This document shows positions 53,245-63,443 of a DNA stretch of 64,000 nt, piece by piece. The stretch comes from Chlamydiales bacterium. GTDB lineage: Bacteria; Chlamydiota; Chlamydiia; Chlamydiales; JAAZZY01. The stretch's first letter is position 1; each line of letters opens with the position of its first letter. A program made the translations under genes and the position numbers. Below the pieces are notes generated by a model that was given only the letters and a program-made list of their open reading frames with translations, was not told the origin of the DNA and made no database searches. The DNA lies in NCBI GenBank assembly GCA_965206695.1, contig CBDBKM010000013.1:64001-128000 (forward strand). Reading direction: 5' to 3'.

Positions 53245-54147
53245 TTATAACAGCGATCGAAGAGCTAAAATTTGATCATTACTTAAATGATTTTGACCGG
53301 TCTCTAACATATCTTGTACAGCTCGTTTTATAAAGCCTGTATGACCCGCAAAAAGGTTTCCTATATTTTCCTGATCTAACACCGGCCATCTGACTGCTTT
53401 TGCATCATCCCCGGGTTCCGGGTTAAATGAAGATGCTTCTTCATCAGTTAAATGTAAGCAAGAAAGCGAAGTCTCCATCCAAGCATTATCGGTATTACGA
53501 GGGTCATCCGAATAGCCTTGAAATAGAATTTTAGCATTAGAGAAGTCTAATTGAATATTGGTCTCTTCAAACAGCTCTCTTTTTAAAGTCTGAGTCACCA
53601 ACTCACCTTTATCTACCATACCACCCGGAATGGCCCACTCCCCACAATCTACTCTTTGGATGAGAAGAGCTTCTATTTGTTTGGTTTTAGGATTAACTCT
53701 TGTGATGACCGGATCAGCTGCAAAATTAGCGCCCCATTTACCTAATAGTCCCCTTCCCTCAATCCCTGTCCTACCCATAGGATTTAATGGGATGCCACGA
53801 TCGTTAAACTGAACTGTAGAGATAAAGCTATTCCGGACATCTTTTCTATCAACTAAATAAAGATTTTCCGGATCAGCCCATCCATTTGGTTTTATAGTGC
53901 AATCATTGTTTAAAACCCCGCCTGATACATAATAGTGGGGGTTGTAAGTCTTATATCCACTATTCCAGCTCACTTTATCGTCCGGCACGTAAAAACGTTC
54001 CGGATATTCCTCGGGCTTCTCAAACCTTGATTTGATATGAAGTTCGCTCTTTTGTTCAGGCATAACCCACTGTTCCTCTTCATAAATAGGTACCTCATAA
54101 ACCAATAAAGCGCTTCTATGATAATTAGATGTCAAATTCAAGTCCAT
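53245..54147 (-). CDS. NUDT9-like ADP-ribose pyrophosphatase (Nudix)
   Basis: PLNPMGRTGIEGRGLLGKWG, WAIPGGMVD, RELFEE, DDPRNTDNAWMET. Confidence 0.9.
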   Translation of the reverse strand: MDLNLTSNYHRSALLVYEVPIYEEEQWVMPEQKSELHIKSRFEKPEEYPERFYVPDDKVSWNSGYKTYNPHYYVSGGVLNNDCTIKPNGWADPENLYLVDRKDVRNSFISTVQFNDRGIPLNPMGRTGIEGRGLLGKWGANFAADPVITRVNPKTKQIEALLIQRVDCGEWAIPGGMVDKGELVTQTLKRELFEETNIQLDFSNAKILFQGYSDDPRNTDNAWMETSLSCLHLTDEEASSFNPEPGDDAKAVRWPVLDQENIGNLFAGHTGFIKRAVQDMLETGQNHLSNDQILALRSLL

Positions 54148-54445
54148 AATCTCTCCTAAATTTTAATTTTATCTTATAATTCAAAGAAAGGCCAACGATT
54201 ATTTATTAAGATTTAATTAAGACATGGCTCTGTATCTAACCATTAACTTCTATTTTTAATCATTCACCTCACGCACACATCTCTCATAAAGAGCGTTTGA
54301 TTCTATAGACTTCTTAGTAGAAGACAATGCATAAGGTGAGTTAATAAGTATTTTTACTCCTGTTTTTTAATTAGCTATTTACTATCAACTTAGTATAACA
54401 GACTTACTTAAAGTTACTTATGCAATTTGCCGATAAAACAAACAA

Positions 54446-54474
54446 TTGACATTTTAATTGTTATTTGATATAAT
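54446..54474 (+). promoter_or_regulatory. Perfect consensus sigma70 promoter
   Basis: TTGACA-17bp-TATAAT. Confidence 0.75.
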
Positions 54475-54534
54475 TTGTTCAGTAGAGTTCTATTTGGCCG
54501 AGGATAGTAAATTAATATACAAAGGATTTAAAAA

Positions 54535-54888
54535 ATGACTTTAAATTTAGAAAGCATGAGAGAAGAGTTTAAGCCATCTAAAACAGATAAAGAGGCTATG
54601 GAAAGAGGTTCAGGTTTAATTAAAGAAATTAACCGCATTTTAAATGATAAAAAAAAACATCCGGATAATACAACTCTAGACGAAGCTTTGACTTGTATTA
54701 AGATTATCAAGCGGATTGAAGACATGCAATTCTTTCTCGAATCAACCTCTAAATTCGATGAGATTATGAAAGTGATTAATCCTTTATTAGAACATTTTAA
54801 GGCCATGCAGCAATCTCTGCCCTTGGCAGAAGATATCATTAAGAAACAAGTTCAATCAGATATGCTAGAGAAAGAAAAGGGTGTATAA
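54535..54888 (+). CDS. Hypothetical helical protein (117 aa)
   Basis: AAGGA RBS, consensus promoter. Confidence 0.7.
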   Translation: MTLNLESMREEFKPSKTDKEAMERGSGLIKEINRILNDKKKHPDNTTLDEALTCIKIIKRIEDMQFFLESTSKFDEIMKVINPLLEHFKAMQQSLPLAEDIIKKQVQSDMLEKEKGV

Positions 54889-54936
54889 TACTTAAAAAAG
54901 ACTTATTAAAAATACTCAAAAAAGATATCAGGCCAC

Positions 54937-57081
54937 TTACGGATCGTTAGATAGCAGTGCAGGCTGTTGGCCCTTGCTAACAGGACCAATGGGTTTGATA
55001 CCTAAACTATTGACGACAAAGGCCCATTCATCGGCTATCTTGGCGATTCTCATCCATATCGGCCGGCCCATACCATGCCCGGTTTTTCTATCAATCCTGA
55101 TCAGCACAGGGTTATCCCCTACCTGAGCGTGCTGAAGTGCTGCTGCGAACTTGAACGAATGCATGGGAACTACGCGATCATCCGTATCAGCTGTAGTAAT
55201 AAGGGTGGCAGGATAGGCTATACCGGGCTTAATATTATGATACGGCGAAAAAGCATAGAGAGACTGAAAAATTTTGGGATCGGTAATGTCCCCATATTCA
55301 CCTTGCCAAGCCGATCCGATCGTAAACAAATGGAAGCGCAGCATATCCATGACACCCATTGCCGGCAAGCAGGCCCGGTAGAGGTCCGGACGCTGGGTCA
55401 TACAGGCACCAACTAGTAGGCCTCCATTAGACGCCCCCTGGATCGCCAAACAATTAGGATTCGTGTAATTCTGTTCAATAAGCCATTCTGCCGCGGCAAT
55501 AAAATCATCAAAAACATTTTGCTTGCGTGTTTTGGTGCCCGCTTCGTGCCAGTCCCTACCATATTCACCGCCACCACGAAGATTAGGAATTGCCAAAAGA
55601 CATCCCATCTCGACCCAAGCTAGATAAGCCGGTGAAAAATGGGGGGTCAGCGAAAGATTAAAACCACCATATCCATAGAGTAGAGTTGGTACCTGTCCAT
55701 TCCGGATCATATTACATCGGTGCACAAGAAACATAGGAACTCTCGTCCCATCCTTACCGGAATAAAAGACTTGCTCAACCTCATAATCGGCCGGTTTGAA
55801 GTCAACTTCAGTTTTCCAAAGAATTCTAGATGTACCGGTTGTCAAATCCAAATGGTAAATCGTCGGAGAAGTAGTGAAACTCGTGAAATAATAAAAAGTC
55901 TCCGCATCATCGCTTCGCCCTGTAAAACCACCCGCCGAACCAATACCGGGCAGTTGGATATCGCCCATAGGGGAACCATCCTCGGCATAACGCTTGATCT
56001 GAGTGGAGGCATCCTTTATATAGTTAACAATAAAGCTATCATGGAGGTGTTGAACTGAATTCAAGGTTGCATCCTGCTCCGGAATAATCTCCAGCCATGC
56101 CGGGATCATCCGGCTCATATCCATGGCAAGCAATCGCCTGCGGGGAGCATCCTTATTAGTTATGAAGAATAAAATATCCTTGATGGAAGTAACGAATGTA
56201 TACTTATCATTCCAATCGTTGATCAGGTCTACGAATTGGCCGTTCGAATTCGATAGATCACATACCTTGACGAGGTTGGATGCACCGGCTTCAGAAAAGA
56301 CTGAGACTACGAGCCAGCGACCATCTTCGCTCAATGAGGGGGACCATAACCATGTCGGATGATTTTTGTCTTCAAGAATTAGCCGGTCCTCCGCCGGAGA
56401 TGTACCGGGTTCGTGCCGATAGATTTTCATAAAAATATTCTGATCCTGAAACGCGCCACCTTCCTTGGGTTCATTGTATCGACAGTAATAAAATGCGCTA
56501 CCATCCGGCATCCAAACAGGGCTACGAAATTTCGACCACTCGATAGTATCCTCCAAATCTTTACCGGCCTGCAGGTCCCTGATCTTCCAACTCTTCCAGT
56601 CGCTACCTGCATTGGTAATTGCATAAGACATGTATCGGCCATCGTCGCTGAAACTAATTCCACCTAATGCTATCGTGCCATCCTCTGACCATGTGTTGGG
56701 ATCGATAAGAACCGCCGGTTCCTCATCAAGGCATTCCATGGTGTAAAGAACAGACTGGTTCTGTAGCCCATTGTTTGCAAAAAAATAATACCTGCCGGCG
56801 ATTTTGCAAGGTACCCCGAACCTTGGATAATTCCAAATCTCCTTCAGTCGCTCCGCGATCGCATTCCGGTACTCAAGGCCATTGAGATATCCACGGGTCA
56901 ATTGTATTTGGCCTTCAACCCACGCATTGACTTCATTGTCGACGCGAACGTCATTTTCAAGCCATCGATAAGGATCTTGAACGGTTATGTTGTGGTAAAT
57001 ATCAGCATGATGAACGCGCCGAGTTTCCAAGTATTGAGGGGTTGCCGGCAGTGAAACAGCGATTAAAAATGATGACAGCAT
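54937..57081 (-). CDS. Prolyl oligopeptidase (S9A)
   Basis: DPYRWLE, YGYGGF, GASNGGLL, DDRV, GHG. Confidence 0.96.
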   Translation of the reverse strand: MLSSFLIAVSLPATPQYLETRRVHHADIYHNITVQDPYRWLENDVRVDNEVNAWVEGQIQLTRGYLNGLEYRNAIAERLKEIWNYPRFGVPCKIAGRYYFFANNGLQNQSVLYTMECLDEEPAVLIDPNTWSEDGTIALGGISFSDDGRYMSYAITNAGSDWKSWKIRDLQAGKDLEDTIEWSKFRSPVWMPDGSAFYYCRYNEPKEGGAFQDQNIFMKIYRHEPGTSPAEDRLILEDKNHPTWLWSPSLSEDGRWLVVSVFSEAGASNLVKVCDLSNSNGQFVDLINDWNDKYTFVTSIKDILFFITNKDAPRRRLLAMDMSRMIPAWLEIIPEQDATLNSVQHLHDSFIVNYIKDASTQIKRYAEDGSPMGDIQLPGIGSAGGFTGRSDDAETFYYFTSFTTSPTIYHLDLTTGTSRILWKTEVDFKPADYEVEQVFYSGKDGTRVPMFLVHRCNMIRNGQVPTLLYGYGGFNLSLTPHFSPAYLAWVEMGCLLAIPNLRGGGEYGRDWHEAGTKTRKQNVFDDFIAAAEWLIEQNYTNPNCLAIQGASNGGLLVGACMTQRPDLYRACLPAMGVMDMLRFHLFTIGSAWQGEYGDITDPKIFQSLYAFSPYHNIKPGIAYPATLITTADTDDRVVPMHSFKFAAALQHAQVGDNPVLIRIDRKTGHGMGRPIWMRIAKIADEWAFVVNSLGIKPIGPVSKGQQPALLSNDP

Positions 57082-57223
57082 ACTTTCTCCTTGTTAGATC
57101 CTATTAACTCCGGGCCAACTCAATTCACGATATTCGGAAATTTGTCAATCTCCCAATCTAAATGGAATCTCTAGGTAGAATATGGTTTGATAAAGCTCTT
57201 AAAACACATCTACATATACTCAT

Positions 57224-57965
57224 TCACATTGGAAACCGGACAGGATTGAGTTCCGGCACTTGAAATGTATCATTAATTCGTGTCTTAAGCTTGTCTCTTA
57301 AAATCGGAATTTTGTCTTTAAAAAACTTTCTTACCTCTAATTCAAACTCAGTAAATGTATCGTAAAATTTATTATAAGTAACCGTTTCTTTCATCACTTT
57401 CCAAAGTCTTTCTATTGCATTTAAATTTGGAGAATATGGTGGTAAATAGAGAAGCTCTATACGTGAAGTCGTTAAATATTCTTGAATCAGTTTGTTTTTA
57501 TCGGCTCTTCCGTTATCTAAAATAACATATATTTTTGAAGCCCGTGAATGATTCTCTAATCCTTTTAAGAAGTCAATGACCTCACTTCCTCCAATCGTGG
57601 AGTATTCTTTTGACCTGATTACCATATCCTCAAGTCGTAAAGCTCCAATAATAGGCATTCCGGTTCGCTTATTTGTGGTCTTAAGCGTTTTCTTAACCCC
57701 TTTTTGGAATCCACCCACATACGGATTGGGATTGATAATCAGGGTGTACTGCATCAAAAAAATAGATCTCTTCACTATTTTGAAGGCCTGCTTTTAATGC
57801 TTCCTATTCTTTAATAAATTGTGCCTGTTTCTCTAAGTCAAGCCTACCGGGGACATTAACAGGGCTTTTGAAAACAAAATGATGATGCTTTAGCCAAGAT
57901 GTCATCCCTCTTATGCTGTAAGAAATTTTCTATTGTTCTAAGACAGATGCGCATACATCTTTAAC
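57224..57965 (-). pseudogene. IS630-family (second type) transposase, frameshifted
   Basis: ILDNGR, LPPYSPNLNAIERLWK. Confidence 0.85.
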
Positions 57966-58192
57966 CCTTCAGATTAGAAAATCCCTGCATAACTGACTTG
58001 ATAATATTTTTTAAAACTCACTGATTGTTTAAACTTATTTTTCATTTATTTTGATAAGTTTTATAATAAGAAGACCTCTGCATAAGTTATTGATTTAGTC
58101 GTCGATTTGTCAAAATATATTTATAATGTCTTTAACTTACATCTAAAGGTTCGATTGTGATTAAAAATGTAAGTTATGCAGAGGTCTTATTA

Positions 58193-58630
58193 TAGTATTT
58201 TAATTTTTATTTGATAATATGTTATCCTTCTTTTTTTATACAAACAGTAAGGACAAAACAATGCCTAGAGCCTATTCAGTAGATCTTCGAGAGAAAGTAT
58301 TACAACATATAGAAAAACATCATGATAAAAAAACAGCCGGCCATATTTTTCAAGTAGGTATCGCAACAATATATCGATGGATCTTGCAAAAAAAGCAAAA
58401 AGGACATTTAAAGCCAATCCGCAGAAAATATGCTTATAAGAAATTAGATGATGAGTTGTTATCTAAATATGTAGAAAAACATCCGGATTATTTTTTATCG
58501 GAAATTGCTGATTATTTTTCAGTCACTCCGCAAACGATTTTTTATGCCCTTAAAAGATTAAAAATTACACGAAAAAAAAACTACTCGCTATAAGGAAAGA
58601 GATGAAAAGAAACGGGAAGCTTTTATGAAA
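58193..58630 (+). mobile_element. IS630 copy 6, 5' half truncated by IS1634
   Basis: Left IR + orfA, A9 tract. Confidence 0.92.
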
Positions 58631-60398
58631 CCGACATTCCTAGACCGTAAGATATTTTTTTTGAATTAGAATTATAGATTGCCTATCCTGTTACTTTTTA
58701 TTTGATACAAGGAGAAAAGTTATGCCGGAAGTTGCAGGAGATAATATTCAAACAGTGAACATGGATCACCATGGATTAATTGCAGCACTTTGCAGCGATC
58801 TAAAAGTAGCGGAAAGGATTGATACCGGATTAAAAAATCATCCACAAAGAAAAGTAAGTGCGGGACAGGCAGTAATTGCAATGATTCTGAATGGATTAGG
58901 GTTTACTAATAGACGTCTCTACCTAACACATCAATTTTTTGCTTCTAAATCGATAGAGAATTTACTTGGCAACGATCTTCGAGCAGAAGATCTCACAGAT
59001 TATACTTTAGGTCATGCTTTGGATGATATTGCGAAATATGGGAGCAGTAAATTATTTGCTGAAGTTTCTTTTGGAATAGCCCTAGACCATGATTTACTAC
59101 AAAAAACGCATCATCTAGATACAACAAGCTTTTCCGTTCATGGGTCGTATGAAGTGAAAGATGATCCGCAAGTGATTGAGATTAAGCAGGGTTATTCTAA
59201 AGATCATAGACCTGATTTGCAACAAGTTGTACTTTCTCTCGTTACCAATGGTCCGAGTTCTATGCCTCTATGGATGGAAGCCTTAGACGGCAATAGTTCT
59301 GATAAAGCAAGTTTTCATGAGACGCTCAAAAAAATCAGTGAATTTCAACAACAGATTGATGTAAAAACAAAGTTTAAGTGGGTTGCCGATTCAGCGTTAT
59401 ACACAAAAGAAAAGCTCTTAAAAAATAATGATTATAAATGGCTCACCCGAGTTCCCGAGATAATAGGAGAAGCAAAAAGATTAGTAGAAAAACCGGAAGA
59501 AGAAATTGATTGGATTGATCAGGAGAAAGGATATAAAACATGCAGCTTCACCTCTTTTTATGGAGGGATTAAACAAAGATGGCTTTTGGTTTTTTCAGAG
59601 CAAGCCTATCAGAGAGAGATAAAATCATTAGAAAAAAAATTGACCAAGGCAGAAGAAAAGCTCAAGAAACAACTTTGGCATTTGGGTAATGAGGAATTTA
59701 AATGCGAAAGTGATGCTAAAAAAGCTTGGGGCAGATTGACTAAAAAAAATCATTTATATTCCATGAATAGTGAGATATTGCCGATTCTAAAATATGGTAA
59801 ATTAGGCAAACCTAAACAAGGAGAGGAAAAACAAGTTGTTGGATACAAGATTCATGCTAGCTTTGAAAGGGAAGAAGAAGAAATTAATAAACTGATGAAT
59901 AGAAAAGGACGGTTTATTTTAGCTGCGAATGACACCGATAGAGAAAATTATAAAGATGAGATGATGTTAGAAGAATATAAAGAACAGCAAAAGGTTGAAG
60001 GAGGGTTTCGCTTTTTAAAAGATCCTTGGTTTATGGTTGATTCTATTTTTTTAAAAACCCCTCGACGCATTGAAGCATTAATGATGGTTATGACATTGTG
60101 TTTAATGGTTTATAATATCGGACAATATCAACTTCGACAAAAATTGATAGAAACAGAAGAGACATTACCCAACCAATTAGGAAAGGAAGTCAAAAATCCA
60201 ACATTAAGATGGATTTTCCAAATTATGGAAGGTATCGGAATAATCCGTTTTTTTCAGAAGACTTCCCGGAGAATTTGTAAAGAAATGATCACAAATTTAA
60301 CCCGTCTTCGGAAAAAGATTATTGTTTTGTTTCGAAAGACTGCAATGAGGATGTATGGCTTAATTAGAAAAACTTGTTTAGAGGTCTAGGAATGTCGG
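58631..60398 (+). mobile_element. IS1634-family element, transposase 58722-60389
   Basis: Perfect 16-bp IR CCGACATTCCTAGACC; HLDTTS, GYSKDHRPDL, VADSALY, VEGGFRFLK. Confidence 0.93.
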
Positions 60399-60970
60399 AT
60401 GTAGCTTGCCATTCGAGAATGCCGTACAGATTACTTGTTGCGTCTTCTTGTTCACAACAACCTGAGTTTTTAGCGTATATTTTTTCTTTTTTCCTGAGTA
60501 AAAATACTTCTGTTTTTTTTTGGCCTTTCAATACGCGTTTCTGTTGCATCGATTAAAATAACGTCATATTCAACATCGCTCTTTAGAAGAGCTTTGCGTC
60601 CGGGCAAAGAGAAATCAGGGTGCTTGATTAATGTATCCTCGACCCACCTTACAGTTTTATAGGCAGTACTCTCACTAACACCGTAACTTTGACTCACATG
60701 GAAATAAGTCCCGTATTCTCGGATATATTCTAGAGTCATAAGCAGCATATCCTTTATGCTTCGTTTGTTCTTCCTACCACCTTTAACTTTTTTGAGTTTG
60801 TTCGATTCTTCTAAAATCAACTGCATCCTATCAAATGTAGCTTTCTTAATGCTCATTAGCCGACAAAATTTTTCGTCGTCTAAACTTTTAACTGTTTCAA
60901 ACTTCATGTTATCCTCACTTATTTTAACAAGAACATTATTATCAAAAAATTAGTTTCGAAAGAAGTCTAA
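60399..60970 (-). mobile_element. IS5-family (ISL2/IS1381-like) element, truncated; orfA 60470-60907
   Basis: LLMTLEYIREY.TYFH, IDATE..IERPKK slippery site; IR TAGACTTCTTTCGAAA (solo copies at ~3152 and ~39296). Confidence 0.8.
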
Positions 60971-60998
60971 TGTATGAAAAATGTATTTATTCCTCTAT

Positions 60999-61186
60999 AA
61001 CCTGAGTTTTGGGTTTAAGTCATTAATATTTAATTGATAGTATGGATAAAAGCTACCCTATTTCACAATATATAAGCGAGTAGTGCGGACAATAGCAAGT
61101 TTTTTTAAAATAAAAATCAAGTTATCTATTTTGGATACAGTGGGATATATCTAAAATTTCAGGGTATAAAACCTAAAACTCAGGTT
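60999..61186. mobile_element. MITE family C (~188 bp)
   Basis: IR AACCTGAGTTTTGGGTT...AACCTAAAACTCAGGTT. Confidence 0.7.
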
Positions 61187-61189
61187 AAC

Positions 61190-61269
61190 AAGAATACGAA
61201 ACAACACTTTAATCGAGAGGCTCTCATCCCAATGCTAAAGCAAGGGGCTGTCTCGCTTAATTGTCATAA
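61190..61269 (-). repeat. IS200/IS605 left-end remnant
   Basis: Hairpin + TCTCGCTTAATTGTCATAA matching 3087-3105. Confidence 0.7.
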
Positions 61270-61392
61270 ATCTTTCTTTGATATTTCTCAAAAGAGCGAT
61301 TTTTCAATCATATTCATTACAACCCCTATATCTAAGGATTGCATAAATTAGAAGAAACAACTATCAACCAGATAAAAACCCTTTTCTTATTT

Positions 61393-63300
61393 ATGCCAGC
61401 CTTAGCCGGAATTATTTATCCCAGTAGCTTTAACATCAATAAACGTATCGATAATATGCTTGACTCTCTTCAACATAGAGGAAAAGGTACTAAAGAAATA
61501 TTTAAACATCGAAATGTTGTTTTAGGCGCTCATTCAGATGTTAAAGGCTATAATAAAACCCGCTCTGTATGGCTTGCTTTAGATGGAACCATCTTTAATC
61601 AAGAAGAGATTATCAAAGATCTAGAAGCAGAAAATCATTCTCTTAACAGCCATGATTTGCTCCCTGTTTTAATTAAAAGCTATGAAGTTTGGGGTGTTGA
61701 TTTTGTAAAAAAATTAAACGGCCCTTTCCTGATTCTATTATTTGATTTAAGTCGCCAAGAAGTTCTTTTGGTTCGCGATCGATTTGGAGTAAAACCACTG
61801 TATTGGGCCCATTATAATAATCATCTAATATTTGCTAGTGAATCAAAAGCTATATTAGCAACAGGAATGGTTCCTAGAATCCCTTATAAAAATGCTTTTG
61901 CTTCTTATCTTTTTTTCGGATTTATCCCTCAGGACATGACTCTCATCAAAGAAGTCAACAAACTACTTCCCGGTCATTATTTATATTCGGGCTTACATCA
62001 AAATCTTACTATTCGTTCTTATTGGTCATTTGGCGAAGCTGCCGGTACGAAAATTAAGACAACAGAAGAAGAAGTTGCAAGCAAATTAAATGACCTATTA
62101 ATTCAAGCGACAAAAAGGCGCCTTGTAGATGAAAAAGAGGTCGGTTGTTTTGTCTTAGGTGGGATTGGCTCTGCCGGGATCTGTCATTACCTCAACCGGC
62201 TTAAAGGTTCTGATAATACTGTCATGTTAACCTCTTCTTTTGAAAATGTAAATGAAGAAGACTTGCAAGCCTCACAAGAAGTAGCCAATGCATTAAAGAT
62301 CCGACAAGAAAATCTAGTACTGAAGCCACAAGATCTCTTAGAAAACCTTATCCCCATTATCTGGTATTTGGATGAGCCGATTGCAGATCCTAACATAATC
62401 GCTACTTGGAACCTTGTAAACAAAGCGAAAGAAATAGGCGTCGGCTCCTTTTCAGGAATGGGCAGTGATGAATTATTGGCAGGAAATTTGCGCTATGTTG
62501 CGCACTTTTATCAAGAATCTTTTCCCAAAGAGGTCTCTAAATTTCTTCGCCCATCATTAAAAAAGGTTATCGTTCCTATTTTAAAAATATTTAATAAAAA
62601 ATTCGCTTTAAAAATCCTGAAAAATCTTTTTTACGATCCGGGGGCAATGGAATACTTAAAACATAATGCTATTTTTGATCAAAAAAGCATAAGCTCTATA
62701 TCCCCTAACTTAGCTAAGACTTTTTTCCCGGAAACCTATTTACAAAATTTTTACCGTTATAATCTTGAAAATAAAAATCCGAACTCTTTCCTACTTCTGG
62801 ATGCTGAGACCATGTTAACGGATCGTTATTTGCTTCAATATGAAAGAATCACCGGTGCATTAGGTGTTAATTGGAAAGCCCCATTTTTAGATAAAGAAGT
62901 CGTTGATTATCTCTTAACTGTTCCTGAAGAACTAAAAATTCAAAATGATAATGCAGCCCTTCCATTAAAAAAGATTTTACAACCTATCTATCCGGAGTCA
63001 TATCTATCTCGCTCAAAAAAAGTACGCTCTAATATTTTTGCGTGTTATTGTCAAAATGCTGAATTTAATGAAGTATTTAACCTGCTCTCTGATGGAGTCC
63101 TTGTTGAATCAGGTCTTATTGATTATAATCATCTAAAAAAAGAATTACTAAATTCATATCTTAATCCAAAACGATTTCAACGCCTTTGGGCCATTTTGAT
63201 CCTGGAAATCTGGTTCCGTCTATTTTTCAATCGTCCGATTGATAAAATCCCTCTTGATACTTCTATAAAAAAGTTTTTATCCGAGCAAAACAATCACTGA
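61393..63300 (+). CDS. AsnB-like protein with degenerate catalytic motifs
   Basis: HRG, RDRFGVKPLY, FASE.KA, DEP, GSDE, PFLD; N-terminus MPALAG lacks Cys, SGGxDS replaced by LGGIGS. Confidence 0.85.
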   Translation: MPALAGIIYPSSFNINKRIDNMLDSLQHRGKGTKEIFKHRNVVLGAHSDVKGYNKTRSVWLALDGTIFNQEEIIKDLEAENHSLNSHDLLPVLIKSYEVWGVDFVKKLNGPFLILLFDLSRQEVLLVRDRFGVKPLYWAHYNNHLIFASESKAILATGMVPRIPYKNAFASYLFFGFIPQDMTLIKEVNKLLPGHYLYSGLHQNLTIRSYWSFGEAAGTKIKTTEEEVASKLNDLLIQATKRRLVDEKEVGCFVLGGIGSAGICHYLNRLKGSDNTVMLTSSFENVNEEDLQASQEVANALKIRQENLVLKPQDLLENLIPIIWYLDEPIADPNIIATWNLVNKAKEIGVGSFSGMGSDELLAGNLRYVAHFYQESFPKEVSKFLRPSLKKVIVPILKIFNKKFALKILKNLFYDPGAMEYLKHNAIFDQKSISSISPNLAKTFFPETYLQNFYRYNLENKNPNSFLLLDAETMLTDRYLLQYERITGALGVNWKAPFLDKEVVDYLLTVPEELKIQNDNAALPLKKILQPIYPESYLSRSKKVRSNIFACYCQNAEFNEVFNLLSDGVLVESGLIDYNHLKKELLNSYLNPKRFQRLWAILILEIWFRLFFNRPIDKIPLDTSIKKFLSEQNNH

Positions 63301-63443
63301 TTATAAATAATTCAAAATCAAAAAGTTATATAATATTAACAAAACACCATAAAACAATTAAAAAGTAGTTATATAATATTTATATAATGGTTATATAATA
63401 TCAACAAAACCATAAAAACACTACAAAACAATTAAAAAAATAT

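Noticed and set aside
55075..56667. Several ORFs overlapping the peptidase
   Set aside because: By-products of higher GC in alternative frames.
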